Below are positions 38,280-48,552 of a DNA stretch of 64,000 nucleotides, piece after piece. The stretch spans positions 17,620 to 81,619 of the forward strand of contig CAYPEY010000002.1 of assembly GCA_964409955.1 (NCBI GenBank). The letters run 5' to 3'. This stretch comes from an uncultured Staphylococcaceae bacterium (GTDB lineage Bacteria; Bacillota_I; Bacilli_A; ML615J-28; CAG-313). Position 1 is the first letter of the stretch, and every line of letters starts with the position of its first letter. The notes below the pieces were generated by a model, which worked only from the letters and a program-made list of their open reading frames with translations, had not been told where the DNA came from and ran no database searches. Made by a program: the position numbers and the translations under genes.

Positions 38280-39542
38280 TTATTCTTTATTTTTTAAATT
38301 ATACAAATAGATTTCTTCTGTCGCAAATCCAAGCTTAGTAATAACGTTTTGTTTTGTTGGATAACAAAAATATGAATCATCTTCAGTATTAATAACAAAA
38401 CAGTCATATGGTTTTATATGTACATGATCATATTCAATATGTAGACTATTTGCCTCGCGTGGAAGTCGCTTTATACAATAATCTTCATTATTATAATGTC
38501 CTACCAGTGTAAAACCATCTTTTATTGTATGTGTTATCTTTGCATCACCTAAAAGCATAACTTTTGTAGTTCTTGGAAGTGAATATACTTCAACATCATC
38601 GCTGAATGTATAAGTTCCATCTTCTACTTGCTTTCTAATATTTGATCTTTCCCAATTGTACCAATCAGGAATATGGCTAAACTCAGTATTACCATCAAGT
38701 GCAGTTAGGCTTCCATCCTCATTTAAATTCCATCTCTTACCACATTCTTCACAGTAAATTTTTGTTCCACTTGATGACATCTTAAATTCTGTTAAACAGT
38801 GTGGACATTGATATAAGATTTTATGAAGTCCCTCAGCACGGAATGGCTCTGTAATTAAAATATTATTATCTTTTTGATATTTATATTCATCATATACAAA
38901 AGCTTCTTTAATAATGTTGTTAATTTCACTCACACTAAGTGTTTCTATTTGTTCTTTTGTTAAAACTTGTGTAACTGTTGTATAAAAAGGTACTTTTCTT
39001 TTCCTTCTAAAATTCCAAAATGGTGTATGTAAATGATTACCATGGTGAATTACCACAACAACTGGAACTTTACACATTTTAACTAGTTTTCCAACTGATT
39101 CTGGAATGTATGAAGTAATCCCGCATGCAGAATATCTTGCCTCAGGATAAAGCCCAACAATATGACCTCTTCTAAATACTTCTTTTATTGATTTAATTAA
39201 ATGAAGATCGCTAGTAAACTTACGCGTACAAATTCCACCAATTAATCTCATAAGCCAAGCTCTTTTAATGTATCCATCAATGTTAATTACATTATTAACA
39301 CGGTGTGGGAAAGTAGCTAGTGCAGCAAGTTCAAAATCAACAAAATACATATGATTACTTAACATTAAATATGGTGGTTTTAAACCTTCCATATTAATCT
39401 TTTCAATTTTATACTTTTTACCAATAAAGGCAAATTTACTAAGTACCCAAATCAACAGTGTTAAAAAAAAGTTTTGTCTCATTGGATATCTTGCGGTATT
39501 ATATCTTTTTTTATTTTTATAATTTACTTCCTTTTTTTCCAT
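38280..39542 (-). CDS. Lysophospholipid/glycerol-3-phosphate-type acyltransferase (LPLAT/PlsC family) with a C-terminal zinc-ribbon-like extension
   Basis: NHMYFVDF (HX4D acyltransferase motif I), GLYPEARYS (motif III-like), and C-terminal CPHC...CEECGKRW. Confidence 0.5.
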   Translation of the reverse strand: MEKKEVNYKNKKRYNTARYPMRQNFFLTLLIWVLSKFAFIGKKYKIEKINMEGLKPPYLMLSNHMYFVDFELAALATFPHRVNNVINIDGYIKRAWLMRLIGGICTRKFTSDLHLIKSIKEVFRRGHIVGLYPEARYSACGITSYIPESVGKLVKMCKVPVVVVIHHGNHLHTPFWNFRRKRKVPFYTTVTQVLTKEQIETLSVSEINNIIKEAFVYDEYKYQKDNNILITEPFRAEGLHKILYQCPHCLTEFKMSSSGTKIYCEECGKRWNLNEDGSLTALDGNTEFSHIPDWYNWERSNIRKQVEDGTYTFSDDVEVYSLPRTTKVMLLGDAKITHTIKDGFTLVGHYNNEDYCIKRLPREANSLHIEYDHVHIKPYDCFVINTEDDSYFCYPTKQNVITKLGFATEEIYLYNLKNKE

Positions 39543-39659
39543 ATATTTTCATCCTTCTTACATATTATACTATATTTTGACAAAATAAGCAATATATGTT
39601 TCTTGGTTGCGAAAATTATTTAAGTATGATATATTTTATATATATGAGAGGTATTAAAC

Positions 39660-40601
39660 ATGGATTGGTATTGGTATATTTTAATTATATTTACAATTAT
39701 AATATTGTTAGTTTTATTAGCATGCTATATATGTTTTAGAATGACATTTTATACAAAAAATAAACAATATGAAAAAACTGATAATATATATCTTCCTGAT
39801 GATGAAATCTTCAATGAATTTAGAGATTTAATAATTCAAGATATCAAAGAAGTAAGATGTATGCCACATCAAGAATTTTCAATTAAATCTTTTGATGGAC
39901 TAACATTATATGGTAGATACTATGAATGTATAAAAGGTGCTCCAATAGAAATTATGTTTCATGGCTACCGCGGTGATAGTGAAAGAGATTTAAGCTCTGG
40001 AGTGAAAAGAGCATTTAAATGTAACCGTAATGTATTAATAGTTGATCAAAGAGCAAGTGGTAAAAGTGAAGGACATATTATTTCATTTGGCATCAATGAA
40101 AGACGAGATTGTTTGAGTTGGTTAAATTTTGTGATTGAGCACTTTGGAAGTGATGTTAAAGTGATTTTAACAGGTATTTCAATGGGTGCTGCAACAGTTC
40201 TTCTTGTATCTAATGAAGACTTACCTAAAAATGTAATCGGAATACTTGCAGACTGTGGATATAATAGTGCTAAAGATATTATTCAAAAAGTAATTAAAGA
40301 TATGAAACTTCCACCTAAAGTTTTCTATCCTTTTATTAAACTTTCTGCAAAACTTTTCGGTCATTTTAATTTAGAAGAATCAACTCCATATGAAGCCGTA
40401 CAAAATGCAAAAGTACCAATAATTTTTATTCATGGTGATAATGATACATTTGTACCATGTCATATGAGTCAAAAATTATATGATGCATGTACATCATATA
40501 AAAAACTAGTAACTATCAAAAATGCAAAACACGGAACAAGTTACTTAAAAGATCCAGATACATATATAACAGAACTTAATAATTTTTTTAAAAACAATTA
40601 A
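39660..40601 (+). CDS. Alpha/beta-hydrolase (membrane-anchored esterase/peptidase S9-like)
   Basis: N-terminal TM helix; nucleophile elbow GISMGAA; downstream HGDNDTFVP. Confidence 0.65.
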   Translation: MDWYWYILIIFTIIILLVLLACYICFRMTFYTKNKQYEKTDNIYLPDDEIFNEFRDLIIQDIKEVRCMPHQEFSIKSFDGLTLYGRYYECIKGAPIEIMFHGYRGDSERDLSSGVKRAFKCNRNVLIVDQRASGKSEGHIISFGINERRDCLSWLNFVIEHFGSDVKVILTGISMGAATVLLVSNEDLPKNVIGILADCGYNSAKDIIQKVIKDMKLPPKVFYPFIKLSAKLFGHFNLEESTPYEAVQNAKVPIIFIHGDNDTFVPCHMSQKLYDACTSYKKLVTIKNAKHGTSYLKDPDTYITELNNFFKNN

Positions 40602-40629
40602 AAAGTGCTACATTTTAGTAGCACTTTTC

Positions 40630-42870
40630 TTATTTTTCATATGTAAGAAGCATAAATATAGATGCAAGTTCATTAACATATAAGATATCCGCATCTTCTA
40701 CTTCACCTGTTGATTTTAAAATAACTATACAATCATCAATTCTTGTAATAATAGATGGAGTTAAAATTGATAAAACTTCTGATCCATCTTCGTCTAATAT
40801 TTGATAAATTTCTTCAACAAATCTTGCTATTTCATTCATTAACTCTGTATCAATAATACTATCTAAATATTCATATTGGTATAATAATAATTGATTATTA
40901 GTCAAACCAATTTGAAGATTTCCAACTCCTGATAAGTGAAGATTTATATCTATAATAGTTTTGAACACTTCATAATCTTCTTCTATACAATTTAATATGT
41001 TATTAATTGTTACATCATCTAAATCATTCATATATATTAAAAGAGCTTCTTTAATACAAGGTTTAAGCGTTATAAACATATCTTTATCAATTTCATTTAG
41101 AGCTTTTAAAATAATGTTTATATATTCATTAACTTCATTACTTGAAATATCAAGTGATGAAGCTGATACTTTTTGAATGAAATTATATAACGCTAAAAGT
41201 TCTTCTTCTGTATATTCTATCGTAGTGTTTTCGAGTTTAGAAATAACCAAACTTAATAAATCATCTGTTAGTGTTCCATTAAATAATACATCTATAATTA
41301 ACTGGGTATCAAGACCTTGATATTGATTCATAAATATTGAAAAATCCAATAATTCCTTTAAATCTGTTTTTAAAATTTCCGCATTATTTATAACTTTCAT
41401 ATAGTTATTTTGAAGTTTTTCAAGTTCTGCTTCATATTCAAAGTTCCTATATGTTTCATCTAACACTCCATCTACTATAACATCTATATTATAGTTTGTA
41501 TAATTAATACTTTTTAAGAAAGTTAAATTACTATTAATAAATGTTACTACTTCATTATAATATGATTTTAAAGTATCAAAATTAATTTCTGGAATAAAAC
41601 CTGTTTGTGCATATATAAATTCTTCAATGTGTAATGCGTTATTAATAGCATCTAAATTAGTAATAATACTATCGCTTGGAATTATTGATTCTACTTCTTC
41701 AACTACCTGGTCTTTAAAATTAAGTGCATTTTTAACAACTTCATCTAATTCTTCACTACTTTCAATTTTAGAAGCTTCTTCAACTATACTATTAAATTTA
41801 GATTCAAGTCCCATTAAAATATTTATAGAATTATATGTATCTTTTAATTCTTTACTAAAACTAGCAATAAAGCTTTCCACAACATTATCTAATTCTTCAT
41901 CATTATTCATATATAATGGAAGTAAGTTTTCACATCTTAACTTCTTCATTTTGTCCTCAAAACTTCTTGTAAGAAGTGTGATAGTTGAGGAATATGTAGA
42001 TTTAAAAATTGATTGATAACCTAAAATAAATTTTTCAATATCCGTATAAGTATAGATAAATTCTTCATTATTTGTTTTATTTTTAAATACTAGTTTATCA
42101 TTATTCTTCGTTACATTAAATTCTTTTAGTAATCCTTTAGATGTTGCGTCAATAACCCAAGTTTCAGCACTTTCATAACTTGTTCCAAGGACAAGCGTAT
42201 TAAACATAACAGGTACAATAAAATTTGTAAATTCTATGTTTTCGCTAAAACTAGTTATATTTGAATTATAATATCCCGATTGGATAAATACGTTATAGAA
42301 ATCTTGTGCTTTAGTACTAGCAGATGAAGATAGTTGATAATAATATTGATCTTTTAAATGTAATTCTATTAACGCATCTGTATAATAAACCATAAAAGAA
42401 AGAATTTCTTTCGTATTATCACTTTCTAAAAGATAATTGATAAATGTATCAAACGAAGAATAAATTTTGTTCTCAAATGTAGTTGCATCTATATTATAAG
42501 AATAAACTGCTATTGCAACTTGATCTTTTAATTTAGCATATCCATCAACATCATCATACCCTGTAAGTAGTTTTTCTGCTGCCGTATAACAAGCCACAGG
42601 AAGTGTTTGAAACTTTGCGACTAAATCTATCGATTTATTAATACTTGTTGAAAAATCGAATAACTTTCCATCATATATCCAACCTATAAAAATATAACCA
42701 CTCTTTTTTGGATCTGTTGAAATTTGAGAAATTGTTTCTCCTTTTTCTACTTCTATAGTTTCTATAAGTTCATTATCTACATAAAAGTTTACTGTACATT
42801 TTTTATTACAAGAAGTTATTATTAATAATAATAAACAAGAAATGATTAACAAATTTAACTTTTTTATCAT
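40630..42870 (-). CDS. Surface lipoprotein with N-terminal Listeria-Bacteroides (InlB B-type) repeat and a long Asp/Glu/Asn-rich helical region
   Basis: Signal peptide plus lipobox LIITSC. GYIFIGWIYDGKLFDF is the Flg_new repeat signature. RBS AAGGAGGG. Confidence 0.5.
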   Translation of the reverse strand: MIKKLNLLIISCLLLLIITSCNKKCTVNFYVDNELIETIEVEKGETISQISTDPKKSGYIFIGWIYDGKLFDFSTSINKSIDLVAKFQTLPVACYTAAEKLLTGYDDVDGYAKLKDQVAIAVYSYNIDATTFENKIYSSFDTFINYLLESDNTKEILSFMVYYTDALIELHLKDQYYYQLSSSASTKAQDFYNVFIQSGYYNSNITSFSENIEFTNFIVPVMFNTLVLGTSYESAETWVIDATSKGLLKEFNVTKNNDKLVFKNKTNNEEFIYTYTDIEKFILGYQSIFKSTYSSTITLLTRSFEDKMKKLRCENLLPLYMNNDEELDNVVESFIASFSKELKDTYNSINILMGLESKFNSIVEEASKIESSEELDEVVKNALNFKDQVVEEVESIIPSDSIITNLDAINNALHIEEFIYAQTGFIPEINFDTLKSYYNEVVTFINSNLTFLKSINYTNYNIDVIVDGVLDETYRNFEYEAELEKLQNNYMKVINNAEILKTDLKELLDFSIFMNQYQGLDTQLIIDVLFNGTLTDDLLSLVISKLENTTIEYTEEELLALYNFIQKVSASSLDISSNEVNEYINIILKALNEIDKDMFITLKPCIKEALLIYMNDLDDVTINNILNCIEEDYEVFKTIIDINLHLSGVGNLQIGLTNNQLLLYQYEYLDSIIDTELMNEIARFVEEIYQILDEDGSEVLSILTPSIITRIDDCIVILKSTGEVEDADILYVNELASIFMLLTYEK

Positions 42871-42966
42871 AAATAACCCTCCTTATTTTGCTTTAGTTTA
42901 TTATACACTATTTCATCTATAAAATCAAGTATAAACAAAAGGATTGCCTAAGGCAATCCTTTAATT

Positions 42967-45900
42967 TTATAAACTATTTGGTAAAATTGTAGATAATGTT
43001 ACAGTCTTAGTTGTTGAACCTTCTACATATGTTACTGTATAAGTAACACATTCAACATTAGATGGAAGAGATGTAACACGACCTAAGTTATTAATATAAC
43101 TAGAATTAGATGCAAGTGAAACTGAAGCAGAAGTTGTTCCTGTTTCATATAAAGCCATTTGTTGTCTAGTTAATTCAACAAATTCATACCAAATTTCTAA
43201 ATCATTTTCAAGTAATGGTTGAGGACAATCTTTACCTGAGAAGAAATGGTGACCAACTAAACGATTAAGTGGTAAATTAAATTGTAATAATAACTTAGCA
43301 CAAAGTTGAGCTGAATATTGCCATGTTAACCATAAATCAGAAAGTACTCTTACACTTGATTCAATACCAATTGAGTTCAAGTTACCACCTAATGAACAAA
43401 TATAACCATATGAACTATTATAATAATGTCCACCAAGATACCAAGTTGTTCCTACTAGTTTTACACCAAGACCCATATCATTCATCTTTGTATAACTATA
43501 ACCTGTTGTATTCTTAACTGTTGTTTTTACACCTTTAATATAGAAGTAGTTATCACTACCACAAGTTACATCTGTTGTATAAACATCTGTTCCAACTTGT
43601 GAAGTTGTAACACCAGATGAAGCCCATGTCATAGTTTTTGATGTACCTGCATGCCATGCGCCATAAGCAACATTTTGACAATACCAAATACCATCATTAC
43701 CTGTAGAATAGTTCCATGAAGCACCTGTACCATTAGTATTACATGTTTTATTATAAGATGCTAAGTTTTTACCACCTGTTAAAGCATATTTTGCTTGATT
43801 AGCTGCACTAGCTGCAGTTCCCATATCAGCCGCATAGTGGAATGTAATAAAGTCAACTCCACCTGTACCAGTACCTGTAAGTGTTGTTTTATTAGCAGGA
43901 CTTGATAAATAATAATCTGTATGTTCTACATATGGTGTAAATAATAATTTAGATACACTTCCAATAACATCATAATAATATTCAGGAGTACCAGCACCAA
44001 TAGCAAGATTTGTTCTTGTGAAAATACTTGTATTATTACTATCTGCAATTACTTTTAACATACCAGTTGGTTCATCATTAAATACTGTTACATAGAATGT
44101 GAAATAGAAATAATCACTATATGGAGATTGAGCTTTAATTGTTGCAACACCTTCTGATACACCTGTTACTACACCACCTGCTACAGTTGCAATATTTGGT
44201 GTTTCAGATACCCAAAGAATTTCTTCATTTGCGCCACTTTCATAATAAGCACTTAATTCAATTTGTTCTCCAGCTACAACCCAAGATTGTTCTTCAAATG
44301 AACCGATGATTTCATCATCTAAAATCCAACGAGCAATAACTGTAGTATCAGCTGTAAAGTCTGAACCTTTTGTATATTTTACATTATTTTCATCATACCA
44401 ACCAGCAAAAATATAACCTGTTCTTGAAGGAATTATTAAATTTGTATTTTGATTTATTTCAAATACTGTACCAGTTGTCGATTGAGTAACTTTACTAAAG
44501 TTAACTGTTAAAGCATTTGTTGTTGTAGCTGTTGTGATATCACCACTAAATGCAACAACTAAACCTTCTGTAACTTTATTTACATCAAAATTAGCTGTTC
44601 CTGTTCCTGCATAACCTGTATAATATACAATTACATATTCTGCAGTTGTTGGAGCATCTGGTTTAGTTCCTGTACTTGGATCAACTGGAAGAGATACACC
44701 TACAACTACATATTGACCAGTTGTAGAATCTTTTGCAAGATAAATATGAGTCCATGCTTTTGCTGTTGTTGAGCTATGTGGAAGACTATATACAAAGATA
44801 TCATTAGTATATCTTTCTGTTGTAAAGTGACTACCACCATTTGCATTATTATAGTTATTAACAACTAAAGTAGTAACAACTTCTGTACCTGTGACAGTAC
44901 CTGCAGTTGTTCCACCGTTTAAATCAAATGTTACTGTATAAGTAATTAATTCTTCCCATTGCGCATATAACACTACGTTATCAGTGCCTGATTGTTTATA
45001 TGTATCAATGTAATCAGTAGATGAAGATTTAAGAGTCCAACCTAAGAAATGATATCCTTCACGTGTAGGAGTATAAAGTGTAACATTAGTATCAACTACT
45101 GCAATTTGAGATTCATCTCCTACACCTTCATTTAAGATATAAACGATTGTATAAGTTGCATCTTCAATTACATTATAATATGTATCTGCTGCATAAGCTT
45201 GAGCTAATTGTGCTCCTGTATAAGTCGCATAAGTATATCCTGCAGGATAAGTTCCATTAGTCCAACATTCATATGAACCTGTAAATGTACAATTAATGAA
45301 TACGTTATATGCATAAGTTGAATTTGTACCTTGATATGAAGTAGTAGAAAGTCTAATAACTGAATCTACATATGTATTATATTTAATATTAGCTTTTCCT
45401 GTACAATTGTATAACATTAAGTTAGTACCTGTTGAATTAGTTATATGGTTACCAACAAATTCAATAGTACCTGTAGTAGATTTGAAGTTTTTAATTTCGA
45501 TAGAAGTACATTCTCCACCATTATAACCAGCGATTATATTATTCATAATATAAACATTTGTACAACCACTACAATCACCAAGTTCAATAAAATAATTGTC
45601 TGTTTCATCAATAAGTGTATTATTTGAAATATTAACATTACCTGTCATAGTAGTAAAGCTAAATGGAATACCAGCAGCTGAATCATTAATAGAAACGTAT
45701 GAATTAGTGAATTCAAAATTATTAACAACACTTGCAGCTTTAATGAATGTATTATCTGAATTATATCCTGTGCAACGTAAATTTGTTAATACTATATTAG
45801 AAACAGAATTAAGAGTTATACCACTACCTCCAATTGAAATACCATCAATTGTAACGTTGTTTGCTGAAATTGTAACAGATCCGTTAATTGTTGCTTCACT

Positions 45901-48399
45901 ATTTCTTGTTGCTGTACCAGCTATACCAGCATTAGGACCTAAAATTGTTACGTTAGCTACGCTTACTGTTACAGTTTCTGCGTATGTACCAGGCATTACA
46001 TAAATAATAGAACCTTCTGTTGCTGCTGCAAGACCAGCTGTAATTGTTGTATAAGTTTGGTTAGCACCAACAACAATACATTGTGCTTGATCTAATTCAA
46101 ATGATGCCCAAAGAGTCATATTACCTGTTGTGCCTTGACTAATTTGAGTTACTTTATTAGTTAACGATTCTTCTTTATACCAACCAAGGAATGTATAGCC
46201 TTCTTTTGTTGGTGCTAAGAATGTAAAGCTTGTTTCTACTGTATAAATATTAATATTTTCTTCATTTTGAACACTATCATTTAATTCATAATTAATTGAA
46301 TAATAAATTGGATCATAAATAGGTTCAAGAGTTACATTTTCTGTAATACTTGAGAAATCATAATCCCAATATGATGTATAACCTACTTTAGCTGGGATTG
46401 TTGGGATATCAGTTAATGCTTCATTTACTTTAACTGTTTTTTCGATATTACCACTTTCTAAAACGAATGTAACTGTACGAACGTTATTATTACCAATTGT
46501 TAATGTTGCACTCATTGCTGCAATTGCTTTATAGTTAGGATTATTGTGAGTAAAGTTTGCAACTACTGTATATGTACCAATTTCAGTTTGATTATTACCT
46601 GTATAAGTTACTGTTACACCTGTAGGAAGAGTTCCGCTAATTGCAAGTGATTTAGTTGTACCATCATATGAATATTCTTTACTTGCAAATGTGATACCAC
46701 TCATGTTGTATTCACCTTGTTCAATAGTTAAAGTTGCTGACATTGATTCAGGGTTATTATAATTTCCTGTAGTATCAACAAAATTAGCTACTACTATATA
46801 TGTACCAACATTTGTATTTTCATTATTATCATAAACTACTTTAAGACCTGCTGGAAGACCTGCAACCGCTAATGATTGAATGAATTGTGTATATGTAACA
46901 GTTTTATTTTCAAATGATACACCACTCATATCATAATCAGCTTTATTAATTACAAGTGTTGCCTCAAGTGCTGGAACATCTGAATAATTACCAGTTGTAT
47001 CATTAAATACAGCTTGTACAATATATGTTCCGGCATTTGTTTGATTATTATTAACATAAGAAACAGTTACACCTTCTGGAAGTGTTCCACTAATTTCAAG
47101 TGAATGAGGATTTCCATCATAAGTTACTGTTTTTCCATCAAACGTAACACCTGTAAATGGATTAGCTTTAATTGTTAAAGTAGCTTGTAAAGATGTAGGA
47201 TTATTATAGTTTCCTGTAGTATCTGTAAAGTTTGCTACGACTGTATATGTTCCAATTTCAGTTTGTCCATTGCCTGTGTAATTTACTGATAAACCTGCAG
47301 GAAGGGCACCTTGAACATAAATATTTTGAGCACTACCACTATATATTACTGACTTATCAACAAAAGTAACTCCTGACATATCATAATCAGCTTTATTAAT
47401 TGTAAGAGTTGCAGTCATTGGTTCTACTGGATTATATTCAATATAATCATGATTGAATATTGCTGTTACAGTATATACACCTGCATTTACTTGACCATTA
47501 TTTTCATAAATAACTTCGAAGAATTCAGGTAAATCACCTTCATTTGAAATTTCAATCGAATGAGCATTGCCATCATATGTTACTGTAACATCATTAAATG
47601 TAATATTAGATAAATCAAAATCTAATTTATTGATACTTAAATTACTTGCAAGTGGAGCAATACTGTTATAGTTAGGATTATTATGAGTAAAGTTTGCTAC
47701 TACTATATATGTTCCAGCTTCAGTTTGATTATTATTTTCATAAGATACACTTACACCTTCAGGTAAAGTTCCTTCAATTTGAAGAGAGTGAACTTCTCCA
47801 TTATAAGTAACTGATTTACCCGGTAATACAACACTTGACATATCATAATTAGCTTTATTAATTGTAAGCGTTGCAGAAAGTGGAGCAATAGTTCCATATA
47901 TTCCTGTTGTATCTATGAAATTTGCTGTTACTGTATAAGTTCCTGCATTTACTTGACCATTACCTGTATAAGATACACTTACACCTTGAGGTAAAGTTCC
48001 TGTAATTTCAATTGAATGAGCACTTCCATCATAAGTAACAGTTTTATTATTTAAACTAATTCCAGTAAGAGTTTGATTAGTTTTTTCTTTAATAACAAGA
48101 TTTGCTGTTAAATTAGGAATAGGTTTATATTTTTCTGTTGTATCTGTAAATGATGCAACAACAATATGTGTGCCTACTTTTGTTTGTTCATTTCCTACAT
48201 ATGTTACTGTAATACCTTCTGGTAAATTACCAGCAATATATATAGAATGAGCATTTCCATCATACTCTACCTCTTTACTTTCAAAAGTGATACCAAATTC
48301 TTCAAAAGAAAAATCTTTTTTCTTAGATTCTTTCGTACAACCTACAAAAGTTAGAAGTAATAAAATAGTAAATAAACTAAATATTATTCTTTTCTTCAT
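42967..48399 (-). CDS. Giant surface lipoprotein (about 1810 aa): 8 tandem MBG repeats, three Listeria-Bacteroides repeats, a right-handed beta-helix region, a Big_2 domain and a C-terminal split N-acetylmuramoyl-L-alanine amidase (Amidase_2/PGRP-like) domain
   Basis: Lipobox LTFVGC. Eight repeats of about 80 aa (VTYDGxAHSIEI.G.LP.GVSV.Y.GNGQ...GTYTV.ANF). GYTFLGWYKEE, GYHFLGWTL and GYIFAGWYDEN repeats. NVTIDGISIGGSGITLNSVSNIVLTNL beta-helix rungs. ANEEILWVSETPNIATVAGGVVTGVSEGVATIKAQS (Big_2). Amidase_2 motifs ITFHYAAD, WNYSTGNDGIWYCQNVAYGAWHAG, NSIGIE and VGHHFFSGKDCPQP. The true start is an ATG 10 codons inside the track ORF, with RBS AAAGGAGAAGAAA. Confidence 0.6.
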   Translation of the reverse strand: MKKRIIFSLFTILLLLTFVGCTKESKKKDFSFEEFGITFESKEVEYDGNAHSIYIAGNLPEGITVTYVGNEQTKVGTHIVVASFTDTTEKYKPIPNLTANLVIKEKTNQTLTGISLNNKTVTYDGSAHSIEITGTLPQGVSVSYTGNGQVNAGTYTVTANFIDTTGIYGTIAPLSATLTINKANYDMSSVVLPGKSVTYNGEVHSLQIEGTLPEGVSVSYENNNQTEAGTYIVVANFTHNNPNYNSIAPLASNLSINKLDFDLSNITFNDVTVTYDGNAHSIEISNEGDLPEFFEVIYENNGQVNAGVYTVTAIFNHDYIEYNPVEPMTATLTINKADYDMSGVTFVDKSVIYSGSAQNIYVQGALPAGLSVNYTGNGQTEIGTYTVVANFTDTTGNYNNPTSLQATLTIKANPFTGVTFDGKTVTYDGNPHSLEISGTLPEGVTVSYVNNNQTNAGTYIVQAVFNDTTGNYSDVPALEATLVINKADYDMSGVSFENKTVTYTQFIQSLAVAGLPAGLKVVYDNNENTNVGTYIVVANFVDTTGNYNNPESMSATLTIEQGEYNMSGITFASKEYSYDGTTKSLAISGTLPTGVTVTYTGNNQTEIGTYTVVANFTHNNPNYKAIAAMSATLTIGNNNVRTVTFVLESGNIEKTVKVNEALTDIPTIPAKVGYTSYWDYDFSSITENVTLEPIYDPIYYSINYELNDSVQNEENINIYTVETSFTFLAPTKEGYTFLGWYKEESLTNKVTQISQGTTGNMTLWASFELDQAQCIVVGANQTYTTITAGLAAATEGSIIYVMPGTYAETVTVSVANVTILGPNAGIAGTATRNSEATINGSVTISANNVTIDGISIGGSGITLNSVSNIVLTNLRCTGYNSDNTFIKAASVVNNFEFTNSYVSINDSAAGIPFSFTTMTGNVNISNNTLIDETDNYFIELGDCSGCTNVYIMNNIIAGYNGGECTSIEIKNFKSTTGTIEFVGNHITNSTGTNLMLYNCTGKANIKYNTYVDSVIRLSTTSYQGTNSTYAYNVFINCTFTGSYECWTNGTYPAGYTYATYTGAQLAQAYAADTYYNVIEDATYTIVYILNEGVGDESQIAVVDTNVTLYTPTREGYHFLGWTLKSSSTDYIDTYKQSGTDNVVLYAQWEELITYTVTFDLNGGTTAGTVTGTEVVTTLVVNNYNNANGGSHFTTERYTNDIFVYSLPHSSTTAKAWTHIYLAKDSTTGQYVVVGVSLPVDPSTGTKPDAPTTAEYVIVYYTGYAGTGTANFDVNKVTEGLVVAFSGDITTATTTNALTVNFSKVTQSTTGTVFEINQNTNLIIPSRTGYIFAGWYDENNVKYTKGSDFTADTTVIARWILDDEIIGSFEEQSWVVAGEQIELSAYYESGANEEILWVSETPNIATVAGGVVTGVSEGVATIKAQSPYSDYFYFTFYVTVFNDEPTGMLKVIADSNNTSIFTRTNLAIGAGTPEYYYDVIGSVSKLLFTPYVEHTDYYLSSPANKTTLTGTGTGGVDFITFHYAADMGTAASAANQAKYALTGGKNLASYNKTCNTNGTGASWNYSTGNDGIWYCQNVAYGAWHAGTSKTMTWASSGVTTSQVGTDVYTTDVTCGSDNYFYIKGVKTTVKNTTGYSYTKMNDMGLGVKLVGTTWYLGGHYYNSSYGYICSLGGNLNSIGIESSVRVLSDLWLTWQYSAQLCAKLLLQFNLPLNRLVGHHFFSGKDCPQPLLENDLEIWYEFVELTRQQMALYETGTTSASVSLASNSSYINNLGRVTSLPSNVECVTYTVTYVEGSTTKTVTLSTILPNSL

Positions 48400-48455
48400 T
48401 TTCTTCTCCTTTTTTCTGAAAGCTTGCAAAAATAAAAGCGCTTTCCTTCATTATA

Positions 48456-48484
48456 ATTATACTACATTATATGTTTTTTTTCAA
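48456..48484 (-). promoter_or_regulatory. Sigma-A-type promoter of the giant lipoprotein gene
   Basis: Minus strand: TTGAAA, 17 nt spacer, TATAAT, about 50 nt upstream of the start codon. Confidence 0.5.
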
Positions 48485-48502
48485 TAGATACGTTTTAAAA
48501 AC

Positions 48503-48536
48503 AAAAAAAAGATCTATGAAACACATAGACCTTTTA
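48503..48536 (-). terminator. Terminator downstream of the GGGtGRT gene
   Basis: tctatg/cataga stem with aaacac loop, followed on the minus strand by T8. Confidence 0.45.
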
Positions 48537-48552
48537 TAGTTTTTTGTTTTGA

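Noticed and set aside
45596-46003. 135-aa plus-strand ORF (and several other antisense ORFs of 60–130 aa, e.g. 41627–42016, 25059–25436, 49043–49246, 57618–57815)
   Set aside because: All lie antisense inside well-supported long genes, lack RBSs, and have low-complexity compositions typical of the reverse frames of AT-rich coding DNA.
42967-48399. Diversity-generating retroelement target in the giant lipoprotein
   Set aside because: There is no reverse transcriptase, template repeat or C-type-lectin variable region in or near the gene. The internal repetition is ordinary tandem MBG-domain duplication.
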